From: an uncultured Sphaerobacteraceae bacterium
Lineage (GTDB): Bacteria; Chloroflexota; Chloroflexia; Thermomicrobiales; UBA6265
Direction: 5' to 3'
NCBI GenBank assembly: GCA_964610045.1
Contig: CAZSUN010000001.1
Span: 81,906 to 143,592 of the forward strand
Length of the DNA: 61,687 nt
The position numbers and the translations under genes are program-made. This document shows positions 1 through 9,940 of the stretch, in pieces. How positions within the stretch are numbered: position 1 is the first letter of the stretch; each line of letters begins with the position of its first letter. The notes beneath the pieces were generated by a model that did no database searches, was not told the DNA's origin, and worked only from the letters and a program-made list of their open reading frames with translations.

Positions 1-21
1 GTGGCTGCCCTGTTTTCGCAA

Positions 22-588
22 TCAACCTCCCTGCAACACGTTGTAGGGCTCGACGAGCGCCAGGTGCAGGTTGTCCAGAATGCACGCGACCGTCTCCTCG
101 ACCGAGAGGGCGGAGGTGTCCAGCCAAAGGCCGATGCCAGGCGTTTCGGTTCGCATCGCGTGATCCAGTTCCACCGGTGTCCAGTCCAGGTAGCCCGTCT
201 TGTTCCTGGCGCGGTCACGCCGGGCGGCGATCTCCGGCGCCGGCGCGAGCACGACCAGGAAGACCCGGGCCGGGGCATCGCGCAACAGGTCCAGCACGCG
301 GGTGACATCCTTGCCGAGGATGACGTCCTGATAGACGACGATGTAACCAGCCTCCGCGTAGGTGATGGCGGCGCTGGCGGCGAGTCGCTGCCGCAAGTGG
401 ATTTGCTTCTCCGCCTCCGCCCAGTTTTCCGGGGTGACCGCAGCCTGCCCGTTGACGATGAAGCGCCGGAAGATGTCGCCCCGGAGGTGGACGCTCCGGG
501 GTAACCGTTCGGCCATCGCCTGGGCAACGGTGGATTTCCCGGCTGCCATGATGCCGGTGATGACCATGATATCGCCGGATTCGATCAC
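22..588 (-). CDS. P-loop NTPase / kinase-like protein (AAA_33-type)
   Basis: 188-aa ORF with Walker A GIMAAGKST near the N-terminus. GTG start at 588 overlaps the plsC stop (GTGA); alternative ATG at 567. Confidence 0.7.
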   Translation of the reverse strand: MIESGDIMVITGIMAAGKSTVAQAMAERLPRSVHLRGDIFRRFIVNGQAAVTPENWAEAEKQIHLRQRLAASAAITYAEAGYIVVYQDVILGKDVTRVLDLLRDAPARVFLVVLAPAPEIAARRDRARNKTGYLDWTPVELDHAMRTETPGIGLWLDTSALSVEETVACILDNLHLALVEPYNVLQGG

Positions 589-1310
589 GCGGATTCGGTG
601 TCCCTGGTCGCATAGATGCCCCGGTACGATTCGGGCAGAAGTGCGGCGACCCGTTCCATCGCCATGGTGATGGCTTCTTCCGACGACATGCGCTTGCCGT
701 CCGGTTTCAGCGGCAGGGTGAATGGTTCCCCGATCGTGATCGTCACCCGCCAGCGTCCTCCGTGCGAATCATGCATCTGCTTGGCGCCGTTGAACGGGAG
801 CCGCTCGGAGCCGACGATCGCCACGGGGAGAATGGGGACATTGCCACGCAGCGCGATCAGGCCGGCTCCTGGCAACACGCGTTCGATGCGCCGGCTCACA
901 CTCCGCGTCCCTTCAGGGAACATGCCAACGGCAATACCCTGTTGCAGCCGGTCCGTCGCCATTTGGATGGCGTGACGATCGGCCTTCCCCCGATCCACAG
1001 GAAATGCTCCTCCGAATCGGAGGAACCTGCCGATGACCGGAACCGTCATGAGTTCCTTTTTCGCCATGTAGTGCATTGGCCGGGGCAATGCCGTGGAGAT
1101 CAGGACCGGGTCGGCGTTGTGCAGGTGGTTGGACACCACGAGCACGCCACCGTCACGTGGGACGTTGTTCAACCCATCGATACGCAAACGGACAAGCACC
1201 CGGAAGAGGATGAGCAGGATGACCCGGAGACTCGTGAACATCCAGCCGTTGAGCTTGCCCTCCATCAGGTCGGGTATGGGCTTGCCTGGTGATGCTTTCG
1301 GCTCGGTCAT
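585..1310 (-). CDS. plsC: 1-acyl-sn-glycerol-3-phosphate acyltransferase
   Basis: Acyltransferase motifs NHLHNADP (HX4D) and FPEGTRS, with a hydrophobic N-terminal segment. Start overlaps the cmk stop. Confidence 0.85.
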   Translation of the reverse strand: MTEPKASPGKPIPDLMEGKLNGWMFTSLRVILLILFRVLVRLRIDGLNNVPRDGGVLVVSNHLHNADPVLISTALPRPMHYMAKKELMTVPVIGRFLRFGGAFPVDRGKADRHAIQMATDRLQQGIAVGMFPEGTRSVSRRIERVLPGAGLIALRGNVPILPVAIVGSERLPFNGAKQMHDSHGGRWRVTITIGEPFTLPLKPDGKRMSSEEAITMAMERVAALLPESYRGIYATRDTESA

Positions 1311-2017
1311 GCGGTTCCTCCGGATCCCTGCCAGCTCGACCGTGCGCGCTGCTCGATCTCGTTCACGATGTCATCAACCGATCGGCCATCGGTGTCGACG
1401 ACCACGGCGTCGGGAGCGGCAGCGAGTGGCGCGACCTCACGGCTGGAGTCGTAGGCGTCACGGGCTTCGAGATCGGACAGAACCTGCTCGAATTGCGCGT
1501 CGACGCCCCGTCCGTGCAATTCGGCCAGCCGCCGTCGCGCTCGCTCCTCCGTGCTGGCAACCAGGAAAATCTTGAGCCCGGCAGCTGGTATGACCACGGT
1601 ACCGATGTCTCGGCCGACCATCACAATCCGGGCGCCATCGGCGATGTGTCGCTGGGTAGTGAGCAGGTTTTTGCGGACGCCGGAATGAGCCGAAACCTCG
1701 GAGACCGCGGCATCGATCTCGCGGGTACGGATTGCCCAGGTCACGTCCTCATCGCCCAGGAGCACATCGACCTGCCTGCCGTCTGCGACTGACGGCGGCC
1801 GGATCCTGATATCGAGCTTTCGCGCGAGATCAGCAAGGCACTCACCGTCGCTGCCGGCGATTCCGGTGCGGATCGCCGCGAGCGTCACCGTTCGGTAGAG
1901 GGCGCCAGTATCGAACAGGATTGCGCCGAGCCGGTGCGCGAGCTCTCGCGCGACGGTGGACTTACCGGCCGCGCCCGGTCCGTCGATCGCGATGACTTGA
2001 CGGTGGTCGGGTTGCAT
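1307..2017 (-). CDS. cmk: cytidylate kinase
   Basis: IAIDGPGAAGKSTVAREL P-loop at the N-terminus. ATG at 2017 is preceded by GGAAGGAAA. The track ORF extending to 2140 looks over-extended. Overlaps the rluB 3' end by 56 nt. Confidence 0.85.
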   Translation of the reverse strand: MQPDHRQVIAIDGPGAAGKSTVARELAHRLGAILFDTGALYRTVTLAAIRTGIAGSDGECLADLARKLDIRIRPPSVADGRQVDVLLGDEDVTWAIRTREIDAAVSEVSAHSGVRKNLLTTQRHIADGARIVMVGRDIGTVVIPAAGLKIFLVASTEERARRRLAELHGRGVDAQFEQVLSDLEARDAYDSSREVAPLAAAPDAVVVDTDGRSVDDIVNEIEQRARSSWQGSGGTA

Positions 2018-2903
2018 CAGGTTTCCTTCCCTGCGGCGCAGGCGTTGACGCGGTTCCTCGAGAGGACGTCGAGGCATCGTCGGAGCGCGTGCCGTGGACA
2101 AACCCACCAACAGGCTCGAGTTGGAGCGTTCGCGTGGCATTGGCCCGAGCGGCAGCCTCCGGGGAGATGCCGATCGCCTCGAACAACTGCCCGAGCTCGC
2201 CCGGCGTCAGGTCGCGCCAGGCGCCGGGCGGAATGCCGCGCAGGACAAGGGGACCGAGCCGCTCGCGCCGGAGGAGATCGACTTCAATACCAACCTTGTG
2301 CATCATCTCGCGGACGACATGGTAAATGCCTTCGTGGAGCACGATGCGGATAATGATGCCCTTCGGGGTTTCGCGAAGGATCCGGCACTCGTCCGGCACG
2401 ACCAGGCGGTCGTTGATGAGCAGTCCGGCTCGGACATCCGCGAGTTGCTCGTCGGTCGGCCGCCTGGTGGTGTAGACGTGGTACTCCTTGGTCAGGCCGT
2501 ACCGCGGGTGCATGACGCGGTTGGCGACGTCACCGTCGTTCGTCAGCAGGAGCAGTCCCTGGGTGTCGCGGTCGAGCCGGCCAACCGGATATACCCGCTC
2601 CCGCACCTTGACCAAATCCATGACCGTCCAGCGTTGCCGCTCGTCATTGGTGGTGGTGATGAACCCACTTGGTTTGTTCAGCATCAGGTACCGCGGTTGC
2701 TGTTTCGGCAAGACCCGCCCATTGACGCGAATGACATCCTTGACGGGATCGACCCGGGTTCCGAGTTCGGTGACGAGCTTGCCGTTGACCGTCACCTTGC
2801 CGGCGACGATCAATTCCTCGGCTGCCCGGCGGCTCGCAATCCCGCGGGATGCGATGACGCGTTGCAGGCGTTCGCCCGTTGGGGGGGTGGCGTCGTTGGG
2901 CAT
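1962..2903 (-). CDS. rluB: 23S rRNA pseudouridine synthase (RsuA/RluB family) with S4 domain
   Basis: N-terminal S4-like RLQRVIASRGIASRRAAEELI and catalytic motif GRLDRDTQGLLLLTNDG. Basic, low-complexity C-terminal tail. Confidence 0.85.
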   Translation of the reverse strand: MPNDATPPTGERLQRVIASRGIASRRAAEELIVAGKVTVNGKLVTELGTRVDPVKDVIRVNGRVLPKQQPRYLMLNKPSGFITTTNDERQRWTVMDLVKVRERVYPVGRLDRDTQGLLLLTNDGDVANRVMHPRYGLTKEYHVYTTRRPTDEQLADVRAGLLINDRLVVPDECRILRETPKGIIIRIVLHEGIYHVVREMMHKVGIEVDLLRRERLGPLVLRGIPPGAWRDLTPGELGQLFEAIGISPEAAARANATRTLQLEPVGGFVHGTRSDDASTSSRGTASTPAPQGRKPDATRPPSSHRDRRTGRGR

Positions 2904-2906
2904 GGC

Positions 2907-4106
2907 TCAAGTGTCCTGTTGTCCGGGGATCCGGGCACTGGCGGTCCTGGCTGACACGGGGAGACTGCCGGCGAGGATCTGGTCGTAGTAGAGGTCGACG
3001 GTGCCGGCGCCGGTGTTGTCGATCACCAGCTGGTACCCTGTCTCGACCGCTTCGCGTGGGTAGGGCACGATCGCCTCGCCTTCGAAATCGACTTGCCAGA
3101 CGGCCATCTCATCCGGCAAGCCGGGGAAGGTGCCGTCGCTGCCAGGCACGAGCCAGGCATACTGCTCGTCCATGGCCGAGAAGATCGCCCGAGTGTCGTC
3201 CCACCGCTTGTCGGACCCATCCACAATGATGCTGTTCTCATCGTATTCCACATCGGACCCAAGCACCGAGGTAATCACCATGTTGGTGCCGCCGTTCATT
3301 TCCCGCGCCAGCACCACGCAGGCGCCTGCGGCGTCTGTGGTGCCGGTCTTGCCGCCGACCACGCCAAGTTGGCCAAGCAGGAGGTTGGTGGTGCTCTTTT
3401 CGTAATGGGTGGCGCCCGGCCCGATCGAGTAGAACGAGTAGGCGGGCTGGGAGACGATATCGGCCAGGTACTCGTTCTGCATCAGTTCGCCAAACAGGAT
3501 GGCGATGTCGTGCGCGGACGAATACGCGCCCGCGGCATCGAGCCCGTCGGGGCGGGTGAACCAGGTGTTTTCCAGTCCGAGGTTGGCAGCGTAGTCGTTC
3601 ATCGCCTGGACGAACGCGTCGATGGCCGCGTTGTCGCTTTCGCAATCACACAGCTTGTAGCCGACGTACCGGGCAATGGCGTGGGCGGCGTCGTTGCCAG
3701 ATGGCAATAGCAGTCCATAGAGCAACGTGCCGAGGGTGAGGGTATCCCCGCCGACCAGGCCCATGTTCGAATACAACGTGACATCGACGGTGTCGGATTC
3801 GAGGGTTTGGACCTCCTCCGAGGTGCTGGCGTTTGCAACTGCCACCAGTGCGGTGGCGACCTTGACGGTCGACCCGATCTGGATTCGCTCGTTGGCATTG
3901 AGTTCGTAGAGCACGATCCCGGTGGTGAGATCGTAGGAGTACACACTCTCGGCCGTGACTGGTGGCGGTTCGAGCCCTGCCTGCGATTGGGGTGTTGTGG
4001 TTGAGGTAGGCGCAGCCATGCCGGGAAGGGCCAACGATAGCAGCAGGATGATCGAAATGGTGAGCGCCAGAAGGCGGCGCGCGGCGCAGGTGAGAACTCG
4101 TGGCAC
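2907..4106 (-). CDS. D-alanyl-D-alanine carboxypeptidase (S11, low-MW PBP)
   Basis: Signal/anchor LLALTISIILLLSLALPGMAAP. Motifs SxxK (GSTVK), SGN (PSGND) and KTG (GKTGTT). GTG start. Confidence 0.85.
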   Translation of the reverse strand: MPRVLTCAARRLLALTISIILLLSLALPGMAAPTSTTTPQSQAGLEPPPVTAESVYSYDLTTGIVLYELNANERIQIGSTVKVATALVAVANASTSEEVQTLESDTVDVTLYSNMGLVGGDTLTLGTLLYGLLLPSGNDAAHAIARYVGYKLCDCESDNAAIDAFVQAMNDYAANLGLENTWFTRPDGLDAAGAYSSAHDIAILFGELMQNEYLADIVSQPAYSFYSIGPGATHYEKSTTNLLLGQLGVVGGKTGTTDAAGACVVLAREMNGGTNMVITSVLGSDVEYDENSIIVDGSDKRWDDTRAIFSAMDEQYAWLVPGSDGTFPGLPDEMAVWQVDFEGEAIVPYPREAVETGYQLVIDNTGAGTVDLYYDQILAGSLPVSARTASARIPGQQDT

Positions 4107-4188
4107 GATGGCAACTCACTGGGTTCGAGGTTCGGCAGGCCGCGATGGACCGGCACCAGTATAGTGCGTAGCCCTCGCCGATGGACGG

Positions 4189-5223
4189 CTACAGATCCAG
4201 CGCGATCTCGATCAGCGCCTGCTTGAGGGCGGAAGTGGCTTCCAGCGAGACCCCGCTGATGCGGAGATGGTTCGCCAGGCGAGGGTCATCGACCCGGTAA
4301 ACGACGATGCCCCGTTCGGCGAGCCGTGGCACGAAGAAGTCCGCCGTTCCGCGTTCGATCCGCGCCAGCAGGAAGTTCGACCAGGACGGATAGGGCGGAC
4401 TGATCATGCTCAGTTTCCGCAGTTGACGGAAGAGCCGACCCTTCTCGTAGGTCACCTTGCGGACCGTGGCGCGAATGTCCGCATCCGCATCGAGGGCAGC
4501 GTGTGCAGCGACGATGGAGACCCTGGCCAATCCGGAGGGGCGCTGCTGGGCGGCGATGGCGCGCGCGATCCGGGGCGGGGCGATGCCCCACGCGAGCGGG
4601 AACGCGGTCATCCCGGCGAAGGTTTCGAAGGTCTGGAGCAGGACCAGGTTGTCGAACTCCCGAACCAGCGGCGTCAGCGAACGCGAGCTGTATGCGGCAT
4701 GACGTTGATCGATGACGACCAGCGAACTCTGCCGCGAGAGCCGGACGATGTCCTGGACCGTGGCGATCGTTCCGGTCGGATCGTTCGGCGAGAGTACGAT
4801 CGAGGTGGCGCCGCGAGGAAGTTCGACCCCTCCGGGATTCACGGGCAAGGCGAACATCCGTCTCCGACCGACCGATTCAACCTGAGCGCTGTGATGTTGG
4901 AGCCATCGTTCCAGGGCTGGATCCGAAGGTGGGAAGACGACCAGGGGCCCATGACTGCTTCGCCACTGAGCGATCATGGCGTGGAGTTCGTCGATACCGT
5001 TTGCAGTAACTACCCAATCGTCACCGACACCGGCGAGGGCTCCGAGCCGGCTTCGCAACCGATCACCAAGGTTGTCGGAAGAGCGCCCCCAGTTGTCGAA
5101 GCGGGATACCGCATCCACCACGGCATCGACTGGACCATACGGGTTCGCGACGAGATCGAGTCGAACCAGGCGTTCAGACGCCGCCGTGGATCTGATCGTG
5201 GCCTGGAATGCACCGTGACTCAT
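4189..5223 (-). CDS. HisC-like class I/II aminotransferase-fold protein that appears to lack the PLP lysine
   Basis: Aligns by eye to histidinol-phosphate aminotransferase landmarks: ANPYGP, GIDEL, SPNDPTGT, VVIDQRHAAY. The TFSK(A)xGLAG box reads TFETFAGMTAF, with no Lys. ATGA overlap with the upstream gene. Confidence 0.7.
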   Translation of the reverse strand: MSHGAFQATIRSTAASERLVRLDLVANPYGPVDAVVDAVSRFDNWGRSSDNLGDRLRSRLGALAGVGDDWVVTANGIDELHAMIAQWRSSHGPLVVFPPSDPALERWLQHHSAQVESVGRRRMFALPVNPGGVELPRGATSIVLSPNDPTGTIATVQDIVRLSRQSSLVVIDQRHAAYSSRSLTPLVREFDNLVLLQTFETFAGMTAFPLAWGIAPPRIARAIAAQQRPSGLARVSIVAAHAALDADADIRATVRKVTYEKGRLFRQLRKLSMISPPYPSWSNFLLARIERGTADFFVPRLAERGIVVYRVDDPRLANHLRISGVSLEATSALKQALIEIALDL

Positions 5224-6059
5224 GGCACGGTCCGGAACGACGTGAGGTTTGCCACGATAGGGTCCGTACTGGCAGTAACCTCGGAGATGCCGCCGTTGGC
5301 CGCGATGTCGAAAAGCATGGGCCGACCGACGACGTGGGCCGCGACGTTTCGGACGGGAACGCCGCCGGGCGTTTGACCGACGTAGTTCCCGAGGTGTGCG
5401 TGACCGTGCAGGACAAGATCGACGTGATGATCGTCGATGACCTTGCCGAGCAGGGAGTTTCCGAGCATCCAGTACTTGATTGGCGGTTCGTGGCCAAGTG
5501 TGGAGACGGTTGGCGAGTAGTGCATGACCACCAGGTTGGCGTCAGTCGTGTCGCTGGCCAGCGATGTCAGGGCAGTTTCCAGGCGGACGGACTCCCGCCT
5601 GGCACGGAGAGCAACCGCCTTGCTGAGTCGGGCAGAAACGATATCGGGTACTTCTTCAGGCCAGAAGCCGCCGCCATAGCCGCCGACTCCCGCGAAGCCG
5701 AGTCGCAGGCCGTTCGGGAACGCCAGGGTGTACGCATCGCCATCGAGCAACGTCGTCCCGGCCTGGTCGAGCAGATGCCGCATTTCCCGCCGGCGCAGGC
5801 CACGGCGATCGTGGTTGCCGAGGACGGCGATCTTGGGCATGTCGAGTTCGCCGAGCAACTCAGCCGTCAACCGCATTTCCGGGATGCGGCCGCCGTCGGT
5901 GAGGTCGCCCGCGATGATCAGTGCGTCTACCTGGCCATTGAGGGCTCGCAGACCGTTTGCCAGGTCGACGGGAATGTCATTGTGAACGTGCAGGTCGCCA
6001 ATGGCGGCGATCCGGACAATCCGGTCGGCCACGCCGGCTGCACCCAGTTCGTGTACCAC
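5220..6059 (-). CDS. calcineurin-like metallophosphoesterase
   Basis: Motifs IGDLH, GDLTDGG, GNHD and HGHAH in canonical order. GTG start. Confidence 0.85.
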   Translation of the reverse strand: MVHELGAAGVADRIVRIAAIGDLHVHNDIPVDLANGLRALNGQVDALIIAGDLTDGGRIPEMRLTAELLGELDMPKIAVLGNHDRRGLRRREMRHLLDQAGTTLLDGDAYTLAFPNGLRLGFAGVGGYGGGFWPEEVPDIVSARLSKAVALRARRESVRLETALTSLASDTTDANLVVMHYSPTVSTLGHEPPIKYWMLGNSLLGKVIDDHHVDLVLHGHAHLGNYVGQTPGGVPVRNVAAHVVGRPMLFDIAANGGISEVTASTDPIVANLTSFRTVP

Positions 6060-6255
6060 GAGCGCGGTGACCTTGGGCGAGGGAGCGCGTTGGCGTCTCC
6101 CGAGGGCAGGACGTTGGTCAGGGTCGATGTCGACACCCTGCGACCGAGTGTACCGCAGCCTGTCACCTGAGGACGTTCGAATCAGCCCGTCAGGTCATCG
6201 TGTGTCACACGGATTGTCCAGCGCACCTGGCTGCGATGGGTGATTCGCCTGGCGT

Positions 6256-7422
6256 TCAGGCCGGCGCCTTCGTCTCACCTTCACGGCGCTCCCAGCCAGG
6301 CGCGAAGAGGGGCAGGAAATTCGACTGCTGGTACGGGTGCTTCTCCAGTTCCGGCCAGTTGAGATCCACGCCGAGGCCCGGTGTTTCCGGAATCTGGAGC
6401 CGCCCGTCAACGACGGTGGCGTGGCTGGTCACGATATCCTGCTCCCACCCGACGTTGAACTCGTCGAACAGTTCCTGGACGAGGAGGTTCGGCGTGGCCG
6501 CCCCAATCTGGATGCAGGTCGCGGTTGAGATCGGACCCTGGGCATTGTGCGGGGCGACGGTGGCGTAAAAGGCGTCGGCCATGGCGCAGACCTGCCGCGT
6601 ACGCCAGATGCCGCCCATGGCGCCGGGCTCGGGCTGGATGATGTGGACCGCGTTTCGCGACAGCAGTTCAGCGTGCTGGTGGACGCTGGAATAGCTCTCG
6701 CCGGTTGCGACGGGAACGTTGATCTTCCGTGCCACTTCCACCGTGGAATCGATGTTCTGGTGGGGAGTGGGCTCCTCGAACCAGGTTGGTTCGAATTCCG
6801 CGATCGCATCCCCGACGTAGACCGCTTCCGACACGCTGAAACGGGAATGCCCTTCGATCATGATCTGGACGTCCGGTCCGACGGTTTCCCGGACCGCCCG
6901 CACGATGTCGATCGAGAGATGGCGGTCCTCCATCGACATCGTGCGCCAGGCCGCGCCGAACGGGTCGAACTTCAGGGCGCGATAGCCCTTGTCCATGACC
7001 ATCTGGGCCCGCTCGGCGAATGATTCCGGTGTCCGGGGACCCGCATACCAGCCGTTTGCGTAGGTATGGAGCGATTCGTGATAGCGGCCGCCGATGAGGT
7101 CATAGATCGGACGCCCGAGCGACTTGCCGATGATGTCCCAGCAAGCGACCTCGATCGCGGCGACGGCATTCATGTGGATCTGTCCACCCTCGGTGTACAG
7201 GTCGCGGGACATTCGCTGGAGGATGGTCTCGATCTGGAAGGGATCGAACCCTTCGTACCTGGTGGCAAGTTCGTGGACTGCGGTTTCGACCGTTTTCGCG
7301 AATCCGTTGATGGTCCCCTCGCCAATTCCATAAAGGCCATCGACATCCGTATCCAAACGGACGAAGAGCCAGTTCTTCCAGGGATTGCCAACGACCCAGG
7401 TCGAAGCGCGCGTGATCTTCAT
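6256..7422 (-). CDS. enolase-superfamily enzyme (mandelate racemase/muconate lactonizing family, galactonate/mannonate dehydratase-like)
   Basis: N-terminus MKITRASTWVV...VRLDTDVDGLYGIGEGT is typical of DgoD/ManD-type members. FEEPT and ATGES metal-ligand regions present. GGAGT RBS 8 nt upstream. Confidence 0.8.
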   Translation of the reverse strand: MKITRASTWVVGNPWKNWLFVRLDTDVDGLYGIGEGTINGFAKTVETAVHELATRYEGFDPFQIETILQRMSRDLYTEGGQIHMNAVAAIEVACWDIIGKSLGRPIYDLIGGRYHESLHTYANGWYAGPRTPESFAERAQMVMDKGYRALKFDPFGAAWRTMSMEDRHLSIDIVRAVRETVGPDVQIMIEGHSRFSVSEAVYVGDAIAEFEPTWFEEPTPHQNIDSTVEVARKINVPVATGESYSSVHQHAELLSRNAVHIIQPEPGAMGGIWRTRQVCAMADAFYATVAPHNAQGPISTATCIQIGAATPNLLVQELFDEFNVGWEQDIVTSHATVVDGRLQIPETPGLGVDLNWPELEKHPYQQSNFLPLFAPGWERREGETKAPA

Positions 7423-7434
7423 GGGGGTACTCCA

Positions 7435-8847
7435 TTATCGAAAGGCGGAACGTCGCTTGGTACGTATTGTCGTCCGGAATCGCTGGATTGGGGAAGACGC
7501 GAACGCCACCGGAGTGATTCCCGGTGCCGAGGCGGGACTGTGCGGGGCGGGAACAACCTTCCAGACGGCCCCGGTTTGCCGGTCCGGACCGGTCACCGGT
7601 GTGATGTCGTACGTCGAGGCACACGTACAGGTCGTTACGTACACGTTGCCGGCGATATCACCACCGCCGCCTGCCACCTGGCGGTTTGGTGCGTAGTGCG
7701 TGGCTTCCAACAGGGGTGTCACCTGCCACTCGCCATGCCGGAAATCAAGGGCCGAGATTTCTCCGGAACAGAAATCGGAGAACAGGAAAGCACCGTCGAG
7801 GACTGGCATCGCCGCCGTGCGGGAGACACCGAGACCGATCACCGCGCACTGGCCGTCCTCATGGGAGTAGGCATAGACGGGCGAAACGAAGCTGACGCAC
7901 CCGGGATCGGTACAGACCGTCCCTTCGGCGACACTCCATCCATAGTTCTCGCCGCCGCGACTGGCAGCCGGTTGCCAGTTGATCTCTTCCATCTCGGCCT
8001 CACCGACATCCGGGATGTAGAGATCTCCCGTCACCGGATCGAACGTCAGGCGCCAGGGATTGCGCAGGCCGTACGACCATATCTCGGGAAACGCCTCTCC
8101 CCTGAGCATGTCCATGTCGGCGCGATAGGCGAACTCCCGCGAGGCTGGTCCACCGAACGGATTCTGCGGAATGAGGTAGGACGCGACCGGTACGCCGTCG
8201 ACATCGCGCGGGACATCGACATCGATGCGCAGGATCTTGCCGTCCAGGTTGTCGGTCGTCTGGGCAAGATTGACGATCGGCGCCCAGGTGTACTGGTAGG
8301 GACGCCCCTCACCGACCCCAATGTACAGGTACCCATCAGGTCCGAATCCGATGGCGCCACCGTTGTGGAACATTGCCCGGCGCTGGATGGCAATGATCGG
8401 CCGCCGGTTGGTGCGGTCGGCCAAATTGGGGTTGCCAGGATCCACATGATATTCCCACACAACCAGCGCGCCGTTGAGGTAGCGTTCGGTGTGGGAGACG
8501 TAGAGCAGTCCATTCGTGGCGAAGTCCGGGTGGAAGGCAATGTCGTACATGCCCTGTTCGGGCGATGCCGAGATCGTGGTGGTCTGGATATCGAGAAATG
8601 GTTGGTCCAGGAGGACACCGTGTTCGATGATCCTGATCCGGCCGATCTTCTCGACGACGAAGAGTCGATCGGAGCCGTCCGGCGGCTGGCGGACGCTGAG
8701 CGGGTCGACCAACCCGGTCGCTACCAGGTTGAGCGTTAAGGATGAGGATCCTGACGCCTCGACGCTTGCCATAAGCGTCGAAACTGCCAGCAGCATGACG
8801 GTAAATGCCGTCAGGACACGGGTTACGTGGAGAGTGGCGCACGTCAC
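7435..8847 (-). CDS. PQQ-dependent sugar dehydrogenase (soluble glucose/sorbosone dehydrogenase-like beta-propeller), secreted
   Basis: Signal peptide, LFVVEKIGRIRII motif and repeated propeller-like segments. 470 aa. Confidence 0.75.
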   Translation of the reverse strand: MTCATLHVTRVLTAFTVMLLAVSTLMASVEASGSSSLTLNLVATGLVDPLSVRQPPDGSDRLFVVEKIGRIRIIEHGVLLDQPFLDIQTTTISASPEQGMYDIAFHPDFATNGLLYVSHTERYLNGALVVWEYHVDPGNPNLADRTNRRPIIAIQRRAMFHNGGAIGFGPDGYLYIGVGEGRPYQYTWAPIVNLAQTTDNLDGKILRIDVDVPRDVDGVPVASYLIPQNPFGGPASREFAYRADMDMLRGEAFPEIWSYGLRNPWRLTFDPVTGDLYIPDVGEAEMEEINWQPAASRGGENYGWSVAEGTVCTDPGCVSFVSPVYAYSHEDGQCAVIGLGVSRTAAMPVLDGAFLFSDFCSGEISALDFRHGEWQVTPLLEATHYAPNRQVAGGGGDIAGNVYVTTCTCASTYDITPVTGPDRQTGAVWKVVPAPHSPASAPGITPVAFASSPIQRFRTTIRTKRRSAFR

Positions 8848-9665
8848 GTCGCGGGGGTCGTGAGAGCGAAGTCAGTGACGGCCGCCAACGCGATATCGCC
8901 GATCCAGGCATCGGCCGAATAGGAACTCTCGAAGCCGCTGGTCAGGACTGCGATGGCTAACGTGCCGCCCGGTCCCGAAAGCACACCGCAGTCGTGCGCG
9001 TACCCGGTGAGGGAGCCGGTTTTGCCGGCATAGGTGAGTGACTCCGGCAGGTGCCGGGGCAAGCGGTCGAGGTATTTCTGTTCTGCCAGGAGTGAACGCA
9101 TCCACGCACATGATGCAGGGGATGCGGCGGTGTCCAGCCAGATCGCGCGCAGGACTTGCACCAGGTCAGACGCGGTGGCCAGGTTCTCAGGTTGGCCGGG
9201 GTTCGGCAAGCGGCCGATGAACCGCCGGTTGAGCGAGGTCGCGTCGAGCCCAAGCGATGCCTGGCAGTCTGAGATGGCAGGGAGTCCGATCGCGTCGATC
9301 AGGACGTTCGAGGCGGTATTGTCGGAAATGGCGATCATGAGCCAGGCATGATCGCGCAGTGTCAGTTCAAGGTCGGTGGACAGCCAGTTCAGGACTCCAC
9401 TGCCGCCTACCCTGGTATCCGAACCGGCAGCTGTCCTGTCATCCAGCGAAATCCGTCCACTGTCGATCGCCTGGGCAAGGGCGGCCAGGATGACGATCTT
9501 TATGGTGCTGGCGGATGAGAACACCGTGTTGGACCCGTGGTTGAAGGACCGGCGCCCGTCGAGGGTGGAGACCGATATGCCGGCCTGAGCGCCCGGCGGT
9601 ATCGACCTCGCAACCTGGGAGAGATTCGCGAATCGCTGCCCAGTTACTCCGGATTCCGGCGACAT
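8844..9665 (-). CDS. class A beta-lactamase-related serine hydrolase
   Basis: SxxK (ASTIK), SDN (ISDNTA) and KTG (GKTGS) motifs in order. No obvious signal peptide. Confidence 0.75.
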   Translation of the reverse strand: MSPESGVTGQRFANLSQVARSIPPGAQAGISVSTLDGRRSFNHGSNTVFSSASTIKIVILAALAQAIDSGRISLDDRTAAGSDTRVGGSGVLNWLSTDLELTLRDHAWLMIAISDNTASNVLIDAIGLPAISDCQASLGLDATSLNRRFIGRLPNPGQPENLATASDLVQVLRAIWLDTAASPASCAWMRSLLAEQKYLDRLPRHLPESLTYAGKTGSLTGYAHDCGVLSGPGGTLAIAVLTSGFESSYSADAWIGDIALAAVTDFALTTPAT

Positions 9666-9714
9666 GGCCTAGACCTTCCAGACTGATGGCCACCCAGGGG
9701 CCAGGCGACCCTAT

Positions 9715-9723
9715 GCTATACTC
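9715..9723 (+). promoter_or_regulatory. possible extended -10 promoter element (TGcTATACT) upstream of mreB
   Basis: TGCTATACT is a near-perfect match to TGnTATAAT, 218 nt upstream of the mreB TTG start. No good -35. Confidence 0.3.
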
Positions 9724-9940
9724 GCGCCGATTCCGGGCGGGTACCGGCTCCGCGTTCAGCGCACCCAGCGGGTAATGCCTGTTCCGGAAATGTGGCCGAA
9801 TGGCATCTGGTCGTCAAGAGGGATGGCGAGCGGACAGGGTCACATCGCCTGGGCACAAGTGCCCAACCTGCCGCAACACCGTCGCCACCATTCCGTTCAG
9901 TTCTCCACCCACTTGACCGAACTCGCGGAGGTCACCGGCC

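Noticed and set aside
4107-4188. GGGTTCGAGGTTCGG, a T-loop-like string suggesting a tRNA
   Set aside because: No acceptor, D or anticodon arms can be drawn around it, and the gap is too short and poorly structured for a tRNA.
4267-6170. 369-aa and 320-aa + strand ORFs (4267-5376 and 5208-6170)
   Set aside because: Antisense to the HisC-like and metallophosphoesterase genes, with no motifs and antisense-type composition. Other long shadow ORFs were rejected for the same reason: 1..504, 2094..2954, 11220..11999, 18373..19323, 22773..23735, 23260..24213, 39227..40309, 55043..55819, 57059..57838 and 58523..59437.
7066-8739. 557-aa ORF on the + strand
   Set aside because: It is entirely antisense to the well-supported PQQ sugar dehydrogenase and dehydratase genes. 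Its composition is rich in Arg, Gly, Asp and Val, typical of antisense frames in GC-rich DNA, and it has no motifs.
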